A stretch of 64,000 nucleotides of DNA from Eledone cirrhosa. Lineage: Eukaryota. The notes beneath the pieces were generated by a model. The model saw only the letters and a program-made list of their open reading frames with translations. It was not told the origin of the DNA and made no database searches. Made by a program: the position numbers and the translations under genes. Positions 27,601-42,800 of this stretch are shown one piece after another (within the stretch, counting starts at the first letter, position 1; every line of letters starts with the position of its first letter). The stretch lies in the NCBI GenBank assembly GCA_964016885.1, contig OZ024742.1, positions 331,762,001-331,826,000 on the forward strand, in the 5' to 3' direction.

Positions 27601-30600
27601 GGTGAACACTGAACACTGAATATTGAATATTGAAGGTTATTTTTGGCAGAAGAGAGGATTTAGTGGCAGTTGGGGTGAACACTGAACACTGAATATTGAA
27701 GGTTATTTTTGGCAGAAGATAGGATTTAGTGGCAGTTGGGGTGGACACTTAACACTGAATATTGAAGGTTATTTTTGCAGAAGAGAGGATATAGTGGCAG
27801 TTGGGGTGAACACTGAACACTGAATATTGAATATTGAAGGTTATTTTTGGCAGAAGAGAGGATTTAGTGGCAGTTGGGCAGAACACTGTACACTGAATAT
27901 TGAAGGTTAATTTTGGCAGATGAGAGGATTTAGTGGCAGTTTGGGTGAACACTGAACACTGAACACTGAATATTGAAGGTTCTTTTTGCAGAAGAGAGGG
28001 TTTAGTGGCAGTTGGTGTGAACACTGAACACTGAATATTGAAGGTTATTTTTGGCAGAAGAGAGGATTTAGTGGCAGTTGGGGTGAACACTGAACACTGA
28101 ATATTGAAGGTTATTTTTGGCAGAAGAGAGGATTTAGTGGCAGTTGGGGTGAACACTGAACACTGATCACTGAATATTGAAGGTTATTTTTGGCAGAAGA
28201 GAGGATTTAGTGGCAGTTGGGGTGAACACTGAACACTGAATATTGAAGGTTATTTTTGGCAGGAGAGAGGATTTAGTGGCAGTTGGGGTGAACATTGAAC
28301 ACTGAATATTGAATATTGAAGGTTATTTTTGCAGAAGAGAGGATTTAGTGGCAGTTGGGATGAACACTGAACACTGAACACTGAATATTGAAGTTTATTT
28401 TTGGCAGAAGAGAGGATTCAGTGGCAGTTGGGGTGAACACTGCACACTGAACACTGAATATTGAAGGTTATTTTTGGCAGAAGAGAGGATTTAGTGGCAG
28501 TTGGGGTGAACACTGAAAACTGAATATTGAAGGTTATTTTTGGCAGAAGAGAGGATTTAGTGGCAGTTTGGGTGAACACTGAACACTGAACACTGAATAT
28601 TGAAGGTTCTTTTTGCAGAAGAGAGGGTTTAGTGGCAGTTGGAGTGAACAATGAACACTGAATATTGAAGGTTATTTTTGGCAGAAGAGAGGATTTAGTG
28701 GCAGTTGGGGTGAACACTGAACACTGAATATTGAAGGTTATTTTTGGCAGAAGAGAGGATTTAGTGGCAGTTGGGGTGAACACTGAACACTGATCACTGA
28801 ATATTGAAGGTTATTTTTGGCAGAAGAGAGGATTTAGTGGCAGTTGGGGTGAACACTGAACACTGAATATTGAAGGTTATTTTTGGCAGGAGAGAGGATT
28901 TAGTGGCAGTTGGGGTGAACATTGAACACTGAATATTGAATATTGAAGGTTATTTTTGGCAGAAGAGAGGATTTAGTGGCAGTTGGGGTGAACACTGGAC
29001 ACTGAATATTGAAGGTTATTTTTGGCAGAAGAGAGGATTTAGTGGCAGTTTGGGTGAACACTGAACACTGAATATTGAATATTGAAGGTTATTTTTGCAG
29101 AAGAGAGGATTTAGTGGCAGTTGGGATGAACACTGAACACTGAACACTGAATATTGAAGTTTATTTTTGGCAGAAGAGAGGATTCAGTGGCAGTTGGGGG
29201 TGAACACTGCACACTGAACACTGAATATTGAAGGTTATTTTTGGCAGATGAGAGGATATAGTGGCAGTTGGGGTGAACACTGACACTGAATGTTGAAGGT
29301 TATTTTTGGCAGAAGAGAGGATTGAGTGGCAGTTGGGGTGAACACTGAACACTGAACACTGAATATTGAAGTTTATTTTTGGCAGAAGAGAGGATTTAGT
29401 GGCAGTTGGGGTGAACACTGAACACTGAATACTGAATATTGAAGGTTATTTTTGGCAGAAGAGAGGATTTAGTGGCAGTTGGGGTGAACACTGAACACTG
29501 AACACTGAATATTGAAGGTTATTTTTGGCAGAAGAGAGGATTTAGTGGCAGTTGGAGTGAACACTGAACACTTAATATAGAATATTGAAGGTTATTTTTG
29601 GCAGATGAGAGGATATAGTGGCAGTTGGGGTGAACACTGACACTGAATATTGAAGGTTATTTTTGGCAGAAGAGAGGATTTAGTGGCAGTTGGGGTGAAC
29701 ACTGAACACTGAATATTGAAGGTTATTTTTGGCAGAAGAGAGGATTTAGTGGCAGTTGGGGTGAAGACTGAACACTGAATATTGAATATTGAAGGTTATT
29801 TCTGGCAGAAGAGAGGATTTAGTGGCAGTTGGGGTGAACACTGGACACTGAATATTGAAGGTTATTTTTGGCAGAAGAGAGGATATAGTGACAGTTGGGG
29901 TGCACACTGAACACTGATCACTGAATATTGAAGGTAATCTTTGGCAGAAGAGAGGATTTAGTGGCAGTTGGGGTGAACACTGAACACTGAATATTGAATA
30001 TTGAAGGTTATTTTTGGCAGAAGAGAGGATTTAGTGGCAGTTGGGGAGAACACTGAACACTGTCTATTGAATATTGAAGGTTATTTTTGGCAGAAGAGAG
30101 GATTTAGTGGCAGTTGGGGTGAACACTGAACACTGAATATTGAAGGTTATTTTTGGCAGAAGAGAGGATTTAGTGGCAGTTGGGGTGAACACTGAACACT
30201 GAATATTGAAGGTTAATTTTGGCAGAAGAGAGGATTTAGTGGCAGTTTGGGTGAACACTGAACACTGAACACTGAATATTGAAGGTTTTTTTGCAGAAGA
30301 GAGGGTTTAGTGGCAGTTGGGGTGAACACTGAACACTGAATATTGAAGGTTATTTTTGGCAGAAGAGAGGATTTAGTGGCAGTTGGGGTGAACACTGAAC
30401 ACTGAATATTGAAGGTTATTTTTGGCAGAAGAGAGGATTTAGTGGCAGTTTGGGTGAACACTGAACACTGAATATTGAATATTGAAGGTTATTTTTGCAG
30501 AAGAGAGGATTTAGTGGCAGTTGGGATGAACACTGAACACTGAACACTGAATATTGAAGTTTGTTTTTGGCAGAAGAGAGGATTCAGTGGCAGTTGGGGT

Positions 30601-33600
30601 GAACACTGCACACTGAACACTGAATATTGAAGGTTATTTTTGGCAGAAGAGAGGATTTAGTGGCAGTTGGGGTGAACACTGAACACTGAATATTGAAGGT
30701 TATTTTTGGCAGAAGAGAGGATTTAGTGGCAGTTGGGGTGAACACTGAACACTGAATATTGAATATTGAAGGTTATTTTTGGCAGAAGAGAGGATTTAGT
30801 GGCAGTTGGGGTGAGCACTGGACACTGAATATTGAAGGTTATTTTTGGCAGAAGAGAGGATTTAGTGGCAGTTTGGGTGAACACTGAACACTGAATATTG
30901 AATATTGAAGGTTATTTTTGCAGAAGAGAGGATTTAGTGGCAGTTGGGATTAACACTGAACACTGAACACTGAATATCGAAGGTTATTTTTGCAGAAGAG
31001 AGGATTTAGTGGCAGATGGGGTGAACACTGAACACTGAATATTGAAGGTTATTTTTGCAGAAGAGAGGATTTAGTGGCAGTTGGGGTGAACACTGAACAC
31101 TGAATATTGAATATTGAAGGTTATTTTTGGCAGAAGAGAGGATTTAGTGGCAGTTGGGGTGAACACTGAACACTGAATATTGAAGGTTATTTTTGGCAGA
31201 AGATAGGATTTAGTGGCAGTTGGGGTGGACACTTAACACTGAATATTGAAGGTTATTTTTGCAGAAGAGAGGATATAGTGGCAGTTGGGGTGAACACTGA
31301 ACACTGAATATTGAATATTGAAGGTTATTTTTGGCAGAAGAGAGGATTTAGTGGCAGTTGGGCAGAACACTGTACACTGAATATTGAAGGTTAATTTTGG
31401 CAGATGAGAGGATTTAGTGGCAGTTTGGGTGAACACTGAACACTGAACACTGAATATTGAAGGTTCTTTTTGCAGAAGAGAGGGTTTAGTGGCAGTTGGT
31501 GTGAACACTGAACACTGAATATTGAAGGTTATTTTTGGCAGAAGAGAGGATTTAGTGGCAGTTAGGGTGAACACTGAACACTGAATATTGAAGGTTATTT
31601 TTGGCAGAAGAGAGGATTTAGTGGCAGTTGGGGTGAACACTGAACACTGATCACTGAATATTGAAGGTTATTTTTGGCAGAAGAGAGGATTTAGTGGCAG
31701 TTGGGGTGAACACTGAACACTGAATATTGAAGGTTATTTTTGGCAGGAGAGAGGATTTAGTGGCAGTTGGGGTGAACATTGAACACTGAATATTGAATAT
31801 TGAAGGTTATTTTTGGCAGAAGAGAGGATTTAGTGGCAGTTGGGGTGAACACTGGACACTGAATATTGAAGGTTATTTTTGGCAGGAGAGAGGATTTAGT
31901 GGCAGTTTGGGTGAACACTGAACACTGAATATTGAATATTGAAGGTTATTTTTGCAGAAGAGAGGATTTAGTGGCAGTTGGGATGAACACTGAACACTGA
32001 ACACTGAATATTGAAGTTTATTTTTGGCAGAAGAGAGGATTCAGTGGCAGTTGGGGTGAACACTGCACACTGAACACTGAATATTGAAGGTTATTTTTGG
32101 CAGAAGAGAGGATTTAGTGGCAGTTGGGGTGAACACTGAACACTGAACACTGAATATTGAAGTTTATTTTTGGCAGAAGAGAGGATTCAGTGGCAGTTGG
32201 GGTGAACACTGCACACTGAACACTGAATATTGAAGGTTATTTTTGGCAGAAGAGAGGATTTAGTGGCAGTTGGGGTGAACACTGAAAACTGAATATTGAA
32301 GGTTATTTTTGGCAGAAGAGAGGATTTAGTGGCAGTTTGGGTGAACACTGAACACTGAACACTGAATATTGAAGGTTCTTTTTGCAGAAGAGAGGGTTTA
32401 GTGGCAGTTGGAGTGAACAATGAACACTGAATATTGAAGGTTATTTTTGGCAGAAGAGAGGATTTAGTGGCAGTTGGGGTGAACACTGAACACTGAATAT
32501 TGAAGGTTATTTTTGGCAGAAGAGAGGATTTAGTGGCAGTTGGGGTGAACACTGAACACTGATCACTGAATATTGAAGGTTATTTTTGGCAGAAGAGAGG
32601 ATTTAGTGGCAGTTGGGGTGAACACTGAACACTGAATATTGAAGGTTATTTTTGGCAGGAGAGAGGATTTAGTGGCAGTTGGGGTGAACATTGAACACTG
32701 AATATTGAATATTGAAGGTTATTTTTGGCAGAAGAGAGGATTTAGTGGCAGTTGGGGTGAACACTGGACACTGAATATTGAAGGTTATTTTTGGCAGGAG
32801 AGAGGATTTAGTGGCAGTTTGGGTGAACACTGAACACTGAATATTGAATATTGAAGGTTATTTTTGCAGAAGAGAGGATTTAGTGGCAGTTGGGATGAAC
32901 ACTGAACACTGAACACTGAATATTGAAGTTTATTTTTGGCAGAAGAGAGGATTCAGTGGCAGTTGGGGTGAACACTGCACACTGAACACTGAATATTGAA
33001 GGTTATTTTTGGCAGAAGAGAGGATTTAGTGGCAGTTGGGGTGAACACTGAACACTGAACACTGAATATTGAAGTTTATTTTTGGCAGAAGAGAGGATTC
33101 AGTGGCAGTTGGGGTGAACACTGCACACTGAACACTGAATATTGAAGGTTATTTTTGGCAGAAGAGAGGATTTAGTGGCAGTTGGGGTGAACACTGAAAA
33201 CTGAATATTGAAGGTTATTTTTGGCAGAAGAGAGGATTTAGTGGCAGTTTGGGTGAACACTGAACACTGAACACTGAATATTGAAGGTTCTTTTTGCAGA
33301 AGAGAGGGTTTAGTGGCAGTTGGAGTGAACAATGAACACTGAATATTGAAGGTTATTTTTGGCAGAAGAGAGGATTTAGTGGCAGTTGGGGTGAACACTG
33401 AACACTGAATATTGAAGGTTATTTTTGGCAGAAGAGAGGATTTAGTGGCAGTTGGGGTGAACACTGAACACTGATCACTGAATATTGAAGGTTATTTTTG
33501 GCAGAAGAGAGGATTTAGTGCCAGTTGGGGTGAACACTGAACTCTGAATATTGAAGGTTATTTTTGGCAGGAGAGAGGATTTAGTGGCAGTTGGGGTGAA

Positions 33601-36600
33601 CATTGAACACTGAATATTGAATATTGAAGGTTATTTTTGGCAGAAGAGAGGATTTAGTGGCAGTTGGGGTGAACACTGGACACTGAATATTGAAGGTTAT
33701 TTTTGGCAGAAGAGAGGATTTAGTGGCAGTTTGGGTGAACACTGAACACTGAATATTGAATATTGAAGGTTATTTTTGCAGAAGAGAGGATTTAGTGGCA
33801 GTTGGGATGAACACTGAACACTGAACACTGAATATTGAAGTTTATTTTTGGCAGAAGAGAGGATTCAGTGGCAGTTGGGGGTGAACACTGCACACTGAAC
33901 ACTGAATATTGAAGGTTATTTTTGGCAGATGAGAGGATATAGTGGCAGTTGGGGTGAACACTGACACTGAATGTTGAAGGTTATTTTTGGCAGAAGAGAG
34001 GATTGAGTGGCAGTTGGGGTGAACACTGAACACTGAACACTGAATATTGAAGTTTATTTTTGGCAGAAGAGAGGATTTAGTGGCAGTTGGGGTGAACACT
34101 GAACACTGAATACTGAATATTGAAGGTTATTTTTGGCAGAAGAGAGGATTTAGTGGCAGTTGGGGTGAACACTGAACACTGAATATTGAAGGTTATTTTT
34201 GGCAGAAGAGAGGATTTAGTGGCAGTTGGAGTGAACACTGAACACTTAATATAGAATATTGAAGGTTATTTTTGGCAGATGAGAGGATATAGTGGCAGTT
34301 GGGGTGAACACTGACACTGAATATTGAAGGTTATTTTTGGCAGAAGAGAGGATTTAGTGGCAGTTGGGGTGAACACTGAACACTGAATATTGAAGGTTAT
34401 TTTTGGCAGAAGAGAGGATTTAGTGGCAGTTGGGGTGAAGACTGAACACTGAATATTGAATATTGAAGGTTATTTCTGGCAGAAGAGAGGATTTAGTGGC
34501 AGTTGGGGTGAACACTGGACACTGAATATTGAAGGTTATTTTTGGCAGAAGAGAGGATATAGTGACAGTTGGGGTGCACACTGAACACTGATCACTGAAT
34601 ATTGAAGGTAATCTTTGGCAGAAGAGAGGATTTAGTGGCAGTTGGGGTGAACACTGAACACTGAATATTGAATATTGAAGGTTATTTTTGGCAGAAGAGA
34701 GGATTTAGTGGCAGTTGGGGAGAACACTGAACACTGTCTATTGAATATTGAAGGTTATTTTTGGCAGAAGAGAGGATTTAGTGGCAGTTGGGGTGAACAC
34801 TGAACACTGAATATTGAAGGTTATTTTTGGCAGAAGAGAGGATTTAGTGGCAGTTGGGGTGAACACTGAACACTGAATATTGAAGGTTAATTTTGGCAGA
34901 AGAGAGGATTTAGTGGCAGTTTGGGTGAACACTGAACACTGAACACTGAATATTGAAGGTTTTTTTGCAGAAGAGAGGGTTTAGTGGCAGTTGGGGTGAA
35001 CACTGAACACTGAATATTGAAGGTTATTTTTGGCAGAAGAGAGGATTTAGTGGCAGTTGGGGTGAACACTGAACACTGAATATTGAAGGTTATTTTTGGC
35101 AGAAGAGAGGATTTAGTGGCAGTTTGGGTGAACACTGAACACTGAATATTGAATATTGAAGGTTATTTTTGCAGAAGAGAGGATTTAGTGGCAGTTGGGA
35201 TGAACACTGAACACTGAACACTGAATATTGAAGTTTGTTTTTGGCAGAAGAGAGGATTCAGTGGCAGTTGGGGTGAACACTGCACACTGAACACTGAATA
35301 TTGAAGGTTATTTTTGGCAGAAGAGAGGATTTAGTGGCAGTTGGGGTGAACACTGAACACTGAATATTGAAGGTTATTTTTGGCAGAAGAGAGGATTTAG
35401 TGGCAGTTGGGGTGAACACTGAACACTGAATATTGAATATTGAAGGTTATTTTTGGCAGAAGAGAGGATTTAGTGGCAGTTGGGGTGAGCACTGGACACT
35501 GAATATTGAAGGTTATTTTTGGCAGAAGAGAGGATTTAGTGGCAGTTTGGGTGAACACTGAACACTGAATATTGAATATTGAAGGTTATTTTTGCAGAAG
35601 AGAGGATTTAGTGGCAGTTGGGATTAACACTGAACACTGAACACTGAATATCGAAGGTTATTTTTGCAGAAGAGAGGATTTAGTGGCAGATGGGGTGAAC
35701 ACTGAACACTGAATATTGAAGGTTATTTTTGCAGAAGAGAGGATTTAGTGGCAGTTGGGGTGAACACTGAACACTGAATATTGAATATTGAAGGTTATTT
35801 TTGGCAGAAGAGAGGATTTAGTGGCAGTTGGGGTGAACACTGAACACTGAATATTGAAGGTTATTTTTGGCAGAAGATAGGATTTAGTGGCAGTTGGGGT
35901 GGACACTTAACACTGAATATTGAAGGTTATTTTTGCAGAAGAGAGGATATAGTGGCAGTTGGGGTGAACACTGAACACTGAATATTGAATATTGAAGGTT
36001 ATTTTTGGCAGAAGAGAGGATTTAGTGGCAGCTGGGCAGAACACTGTACACTGAATATTGAAGGTTAATTTTGGCAGATGAGAGGATTTAGTGGCAGTTT
36101 GGGTGAACACTGAACACTGAACACTGAATATTGAAGGTTCTTTTTGCAGAAGAGAGGGTTTAGTGGCAGTTGGTGTGAACACTGAACACTGAATATTGAA
36201 GGTTATTTTTGGCAGAAGAGAGGATTTAGTGGCAGTTAGGGTGAACACTGAACACTGAATATTGAAGGTTATTTTTGGCAGAAGAGAGGATTTAGTGGCA
36301 GTTGGGGTGAACACTGAACACTGATCACTGAATATTGAAGGTTATTTTTGGCAGAAGAGAGGATTTAGTGGCAGTTGGGGTGAACACTGAACACTGAATA
36401 TTGAAGGTTATTTTTGGCAGGAGAGAGGATTTAGTGGCAGTTGGGGTGAACATTGAACACTGAATATTGAATATTGAAGGTTATTTTTGGCAGAAGAGAG
36501 GATTTAGTGGCAGTTGGGGTGAACACTGGACACTGAATATTGAAGGTTATTTTTGGCAGGAGAGAGGATTTAGTGGCAGTTTGGGTGAACACTGAACACT

Positions 36601-36800
36601 GAATATTGAATATTGAAGGTTATTTTTGCAGAAGAGAGGATTTAGTGGCAGTTGGGATGAACACTGAACACTGAACACTGAATATTGAAGTTTATTTTTG
36701 GCAGAAGAGAGGATTCAGTGGCAGTTGGGGTGAACACTGCACACTGAACACTGAATATTGAAGGTTATTTTTGGCAGAAGAGAGGATTTAGTGGCAGTTG
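26160..36800 (+). repeat. Overlapping block duplications with offsets 3484 bp (~26160-28330 / ~29644-31815), 4681/4674 bp (~28360-32130 / ~33040-36800) and an internal 912-bp tandem unit (~31570-33690)
   Basis: ORF pairs give offsets of 3484 (26580/30064, 27749/31233), 4681 (28418/33099, 29161/33842), 4674 (30064/34738, 31233/35907) and 912 (32187/33099). The GGCAGGAG variant lies at 31747 and 32659. Confidence 0.8.
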
Positions 36801-39800
36801 GGGTGAACACTGAACACTGAATATTGAAGGTTATTTTTGGCAGAAGAGAGGATTTAGTGGCAGTTGGGGTGAACACTGAACACTGAATATTGAATATTGA
36901 AGGTTATTTTTGGCAGAAGAGAGGATTTAGTGGCAGTTGGGGTGAGCACTGGACACTGAATATTGAAGGTTATTTTTGGCAGAAGAGAGGATTTAGTGGC
37001 AGTTTGGGTGAACACTGAACACTGAATATTGAATATTGAAGGTTATTTTTGCAGAAGAGAGGATTTAGTGGCAGTTGGGATTAACACTGAACACTGAACA
37101 CTGAATATCGAAGGTTATTTTTGCAGAAGAGAGGATTTAGTGCCAGATGGGGTGAACACTGAACACTGAATATTGAAGGTTATTTTTGCAGAAGAGAGGA
37201 TTTAGTGGCAGTTGGGGTGAACACTGAACACTGAATATTGAAGGTTATTTTTGGCAGAAGATAGGATTTAGTGGCAGTTGGGGTGGACACTTAACACTGA
37301 ATATTGAAGGTTATTTTTGCAGAAGAGAGGATATAGTGGCAGTTGGGGTGAACACTGAACACTGAATATTGAATATTGAAGGTTATTTTTGGCAGAAGAG
37401 AGGATTTAGTGGCAGTTGGGCAGAACACTGTACACTGAATATTGAAGGTTAATTTTGGCAGATGGGAGGATTTAGTGGCAGTTTGGGTGAACACTGAACA
37501 CTGAACACTGAATATTGAAGGTTCTTTTTGCAGAAGAGAGGGTTTAGTGGCAGTTGGAGTGAACAATGAACACTGAATATTGAAGGTTATTTTTGGCAGA
37601 AGAGAGGATTTAGTGGCAGTTGGGGTGAACACTGAACACTGAATATTGAAGGTTATTTTTGGCAGAAGAGAGGATTTAGTGGCAGTTGGGGTGAACACTG
37701 AACACTGATCACTGAATATTGAAGGTTATTTTTGGCAGAAGAGAGGATTTAGTGGCAGTTGGGGTGAACACTGAACACTGAATATTGAAGGTTATTTTTG
37801 GCAGGAGAGAGGATTTAGTGGCAGTTGGGGTGAACATTGAACACTGAATATTGAATATTGAAGGTTATTTTTGGCAGAAGAGAGGATTTAGTGGCAGTTG
37901 GGGTGAACACTGGACACTGAATATTGAAGGTTATTTTTGGCAGAAGAGAGGATTTAGTGGCAGTTTGGGTGAACACTGAACACTGAATATTGAATATTGA
38001 AGGTTATTTTTGCAGAAGAGAGGATTTAGTGGCAGTTGGGATGAACACTGAACACTGAACACTGAATATTGAAGTTTATTTTTGGCAGAAGAGAGGATTC
38101 AGTGGCAGTTGGGGGTGAACACTGCACACTGAACACTGAATATTGAAGGTTATTTTTGGCAGATGAGAGGATATAGTGGCAGTTGGGGTGAACACTGACA
38201 CTGAATGTTGAAGGTTATTTTTGGCAGAAGAGAGGATTGAGTGGCAGTTGGGGTGAACACTGAACACTGAACACTGAATATTGAAGTTTATTTTTGGCAG
38301 AAGAGAGGATTTAGTGGCAGTTGGGGTGAACACTGAACACTGAATACTGAATATTGAAGGTTATTTTTGGCAGAAGAGAGGATTTAGTGGCAGTTGGGGT
38401 GAACACTGAACACTGAACACTGAATATTGAAGGTTATTTTTGGCAGAAGAGAGGATTTAGTGGCAGTTGGAGTGAACACTGAACACTTAATATAGAATAT
38501 TGAAGGTTATTTTTGGCCGAAGAGAGGATTTAGTGGCAGTTGGGGTGAACACTGAACACTGAACACTGAATATTGAAGGTTATTTTTGGCAGAAGAGGGG
38601 ATTTAGTGGCAGTTGGGGGTGAATACTGAACACTGAATATTGAATATTGAAGGTTATTTTTGGCAGAAGAGAGGATTTAGTGGCAGTTGGGGTGAACACT
38701 GAACACTGAACACTGAATATTGAAGGTTATTTTTGGCAGAAGAGAGGATTTAGTGGCAGTTGGGGTGAACACTGGACACTGAATATTGAAGGTTATTTTT
38801 GGCAGAAGAGAGGATTTAGTGGCAGTTTGGGTGAACACTGAACACTAAATATTGAATATTGAAGGTTATTTTTGGCAGAAGTGAGGATTTAGTCGCAGTT
38901 GGGGTGAACACTGAACACTGATCACTGAATATTGAAGGTTATTTTTGGCAGAAGAGAGGATTTAGTGGCAGTTGGGGTGAACACTGAACACTGAATATTG
39001 AAGGTTATTTTTGGCAGAAGAGAGGATTTAGTGGCAGTTGGGGTGAACACTGAACACTGAATATTAAATATTGAAGGTTATTTTTGGCAGAAGAGAGGAT
39101 TTAGTGGCAGTTGGGGTGAACACTGAACACTGAATATTGAAGGTTATTTTTGGCAGAAGAGAGGATTTAATGGCAGTTGGGGTGAACACTGAACACTGAA
39201 CACTGAATATTGAAGGTTATTTTTGGCAGAAGAGAGGATTTAGTGGCAGTTGGGGTGAACACTGAACACTGAACACTGAATATTGAAGGTTATTTTTGGC
39301 AGAAGAGAGGATTTAGTGGCAGTTGGGGTGAACACTGAACACTGAATATTGAATATTGAAGGTTATTTTTGGCAGAAGAGAGGATTTAGTGGCAGTTGGG
39401 GTGAACACTGAACACTGAACACTGAATATTGAAGGTTATTTTTGGCAGAAGAGAGGATTTAGTGGCAGTTGGGGTGAACACTGAACACTGCACACTGAAT
39501 ATTAAAGGTTATTTTTGGCAGAAGAGAGGATTTAGTGGCAGTTGGGGTGAACACTGAACACTGAATATTGAAGGTTATTTTTGGCAGAAGAGAGGATTTA
39601 GTGGCAGTTGGGGTGAACACTGAACACTGAACATTGAATATTGAAGTTTATTTTTGGCAGAAGAGAGGATTTAGTGGCAGTTGGGGTGAACACTGGACAC
39701 TGAATATTGAAGGTTATTTTTGGCAGAAGAGAGGATTTAGTGGCAGTTTGGGTGAACACTGAACACTGAATATTGAATATTGAAGGTTATTTTTGCAGAA

Positions 39801-42800
39801 GAGAGGATTTAGTGGCAGTTGGGATTAACACTGAACACTGAACACTGAATATTGAAGTTTATTTTTGGCAGAAGAGAGGATTCAGTGGCAGTTGGGGGTG
39901 AACACTGCACACTGAACACTGAATATTGAAGGTTATTTTTGGCAGATGAGAGGATATAGTGGCAGTTGGGGTGAACACTGACACTGAATGTTGAAGGTTA
40001 TTTTTGGCAGAAGAGAGGATTGAGTGGCAGTTGGGGTGAACACTGAACACTGAACACTGAATATTGAAGTTTATTTTTGGCAGAAGAGAGGATTTAGTGG
40101 CAGTTGGGGTGAACACTGAACACTGAATACTGAATATTGAAGGTTATTTTTGGCAGAAGAGAGGATTTAGTGGCAGTTGGGGTGAACACTGAACACTGAA
40201 CACTGAATATTGAAGGTTATTTTTGGCAGAAGAGAGGATTTAGTGGCAGTTGGAGTGAACACTGAACACTTAATATAGAATATTGAAGGTTATTTTTGGC
40301 AGATGAGAGGATATAGTGGCAGTTGGGGTGAACACTGACACTGAATATTGAAGGTTATTTTTGGCAGAAGAGAGGATTTAGTGGCAGTTGGGGTGAACAC
40401 TGAACACTGAATATTGAAGGTTATTTTTGGCAGAAGAGAGGATTTAGTGGCAGTTGGGGTGAAGACTGAACACTGAATATTGAATATTGAAGGTTATTTC
40501 TGGCAGAAGAGAGGATTTAGTGGCAGTTGGGGTGAACACTGGACACTGAATATTGAAGGTTATTTTTGGCAGAAGAGAGGATATAGTGACAGTTGGGGTG
40601 CACACTGAACACTGATCACTGAATATTGAAGGTAATCTTTGGCAGAAGAGAGGATTTAGTGGCAGTTGGGGTGAACACTGAACACTGAATATTGAATATT
40701 GAAGGTTATTTTTGGCAGAAGAGAGGATTTAGTGGCAGTTGGGGAGAACACTGAACACTGTCTATTGAATATTGAAGGTTATTTTTGGCAGAAGAGAGGA
40801 TTTAGTGGCAGTTGGGGTGAACACTGAACACTGAATATTGAAGGTTATTTTTGGCAGAAGAGAGGATTTAGTGGCAGTTGGGGTGAACACTGAACACTGA
40901 ATATTGAAGGTTAATTTTGGCAGAAGAGAGGATTTAGTGGCAGTTTGGGTGAACACTGAACACTGAACACTGAATATTGAAGGTTTTTTTGCAGAAGAGA
41001 GGGTTTAGTGGCAGTTGGGGTGAACACTGAACACTGAATATTGAAGGTTATTTTTGGCAGAAGAGAGGATTTAGTGGCAGTTGGGGTGAACACTGAACAC
41101 TGAATATTGAAGGTTATTTTTGGCAGAAGAGAGGATTTAGTGGCAGTTTGGGTGAACACTGAACACTGAATATTGAATATTGAAGGTTATTTTTGCAGAA
41201 GAGAGGATTTAGTGGCAGTTGGGATGAACACTGAACACTGAACACTGAATATTGAAGTTTGTTTTTGGCAGAAGAGAGGATTCAGTGGCAGTTGGGGTGA
41301 ACACTGCACACTGAACACTGAATATTGAAGGTTATTTTTGGCAGAAGAGAGGATTTAGTGGCAGTTGGGGTGAACACTGAACACTGAATATTAAAGGTTA
41401 TTTTTGGCAGAAGAGAGGATTTAGTGGCAGTTGGGGTGAACACTGAACACTGAATATTGAATATTGAAGGTTATTTTTGGCAGAAGAGAGGATTTAGTGG
41501 CAGTTGGGGTGAGCACTGGACACTGAATATTGAAGGTTATTTTTGGCAGAAGAGAGGATTTAGTGGCAGTTTGGGTGAACACTGAACACTGAATATTGAA
41601 TATTGAAGGTTATTTTTGCAGAAGAGAGGATTTAGTGGCAGTTGGGATTAACACTGAACACTGAACACTGAATATCGAAGGTTATTTTTGCAGAAGAGAG
41701 GATTTAGTGGCAGATGGGGTGAACACTGAACACTGAATATTGAAGGTTATTTTTGCAGAAGAGAGGATTTAGTGGCAGTTGGGGTGAACACTGAACACTG
41801 AATATTGAATATTGAAGGTTATTTTTGGCAGAAGAGAGGATTTAGTGGCAGTTGGGGTGAACACTGAACACTGAATATTGAAGGTTATTTTTGGCAGAAG
41901 ATAGGATTTAGTGTCAGTTGGGGTGGACACTTAACACTGAATATTGAAGGTTATTTTTGCAGAAGAGAGGATATAGTGGCAGTTGGGGTGAACACTGAAC
42001 ACTGAATATTGAATATTGAAGGTTATTTTTGGCAGAAGAGAGGATTTAGTGGCAGTTGGGCAGAACACTGTACACTGAATATTGAAGGTTAATTTTGGCA
42101 GATGAGAGGATTTAGTGGCAGTTTGGGTGAACACTGAACACTGAACACTGAATATTGAAGGTTCTTTTTGCAGAAGAGAGGGTTTAGTGGCAGTTGGTGT
42201 GAACACTGAACACTGAATATTGAAGGTTATTTTTGGCAGAAGAGAGGATTTAGTGGCAGTTAGGGTGAACACTGAACACTGAATATTGAAGGTTATTTTT
42301 GGCAGAAGAGAGGATTTAGTGGCAGTTGGGGTGAACACTGAACACTGATCACTGAATATTGAAGGTTATTTTTGGCAGAAGAGAGGATTTAGTGGCAGTT
42401 GGGGTGAACACTGAACACTGAATATTGAAGGTTATTTTTGGCAGGAGAGAGGATTTAGTGGCAGTTGGGGTGAACATTGAACACTGAATATTGAATATTG
42501 AAGGTTATTTTTGGCAGAAGAGAGGATTTAGTGGCAGTTGGGGTGAACACTGGACACTGAATATTGAAGGTTATTTTTGGCAGGAGAAGATTTAGTGGCA
42601 GTTTGGGTGAACACTGAACACTGAATATTGAATATTGAAGGTTATTTTTGCAGAAGAGAGGATTTAGTGGCAGTTGGGATGAACACTGAACACTGAACAC
42701 TGAATATTGAAGTTTATTTTTGGCAGAAGAGAGGATTCAGTGGCAGTTGGGGTGAACACTGCACACTGAACACTGAATATTGAAGGTTATTTTTGGCAGA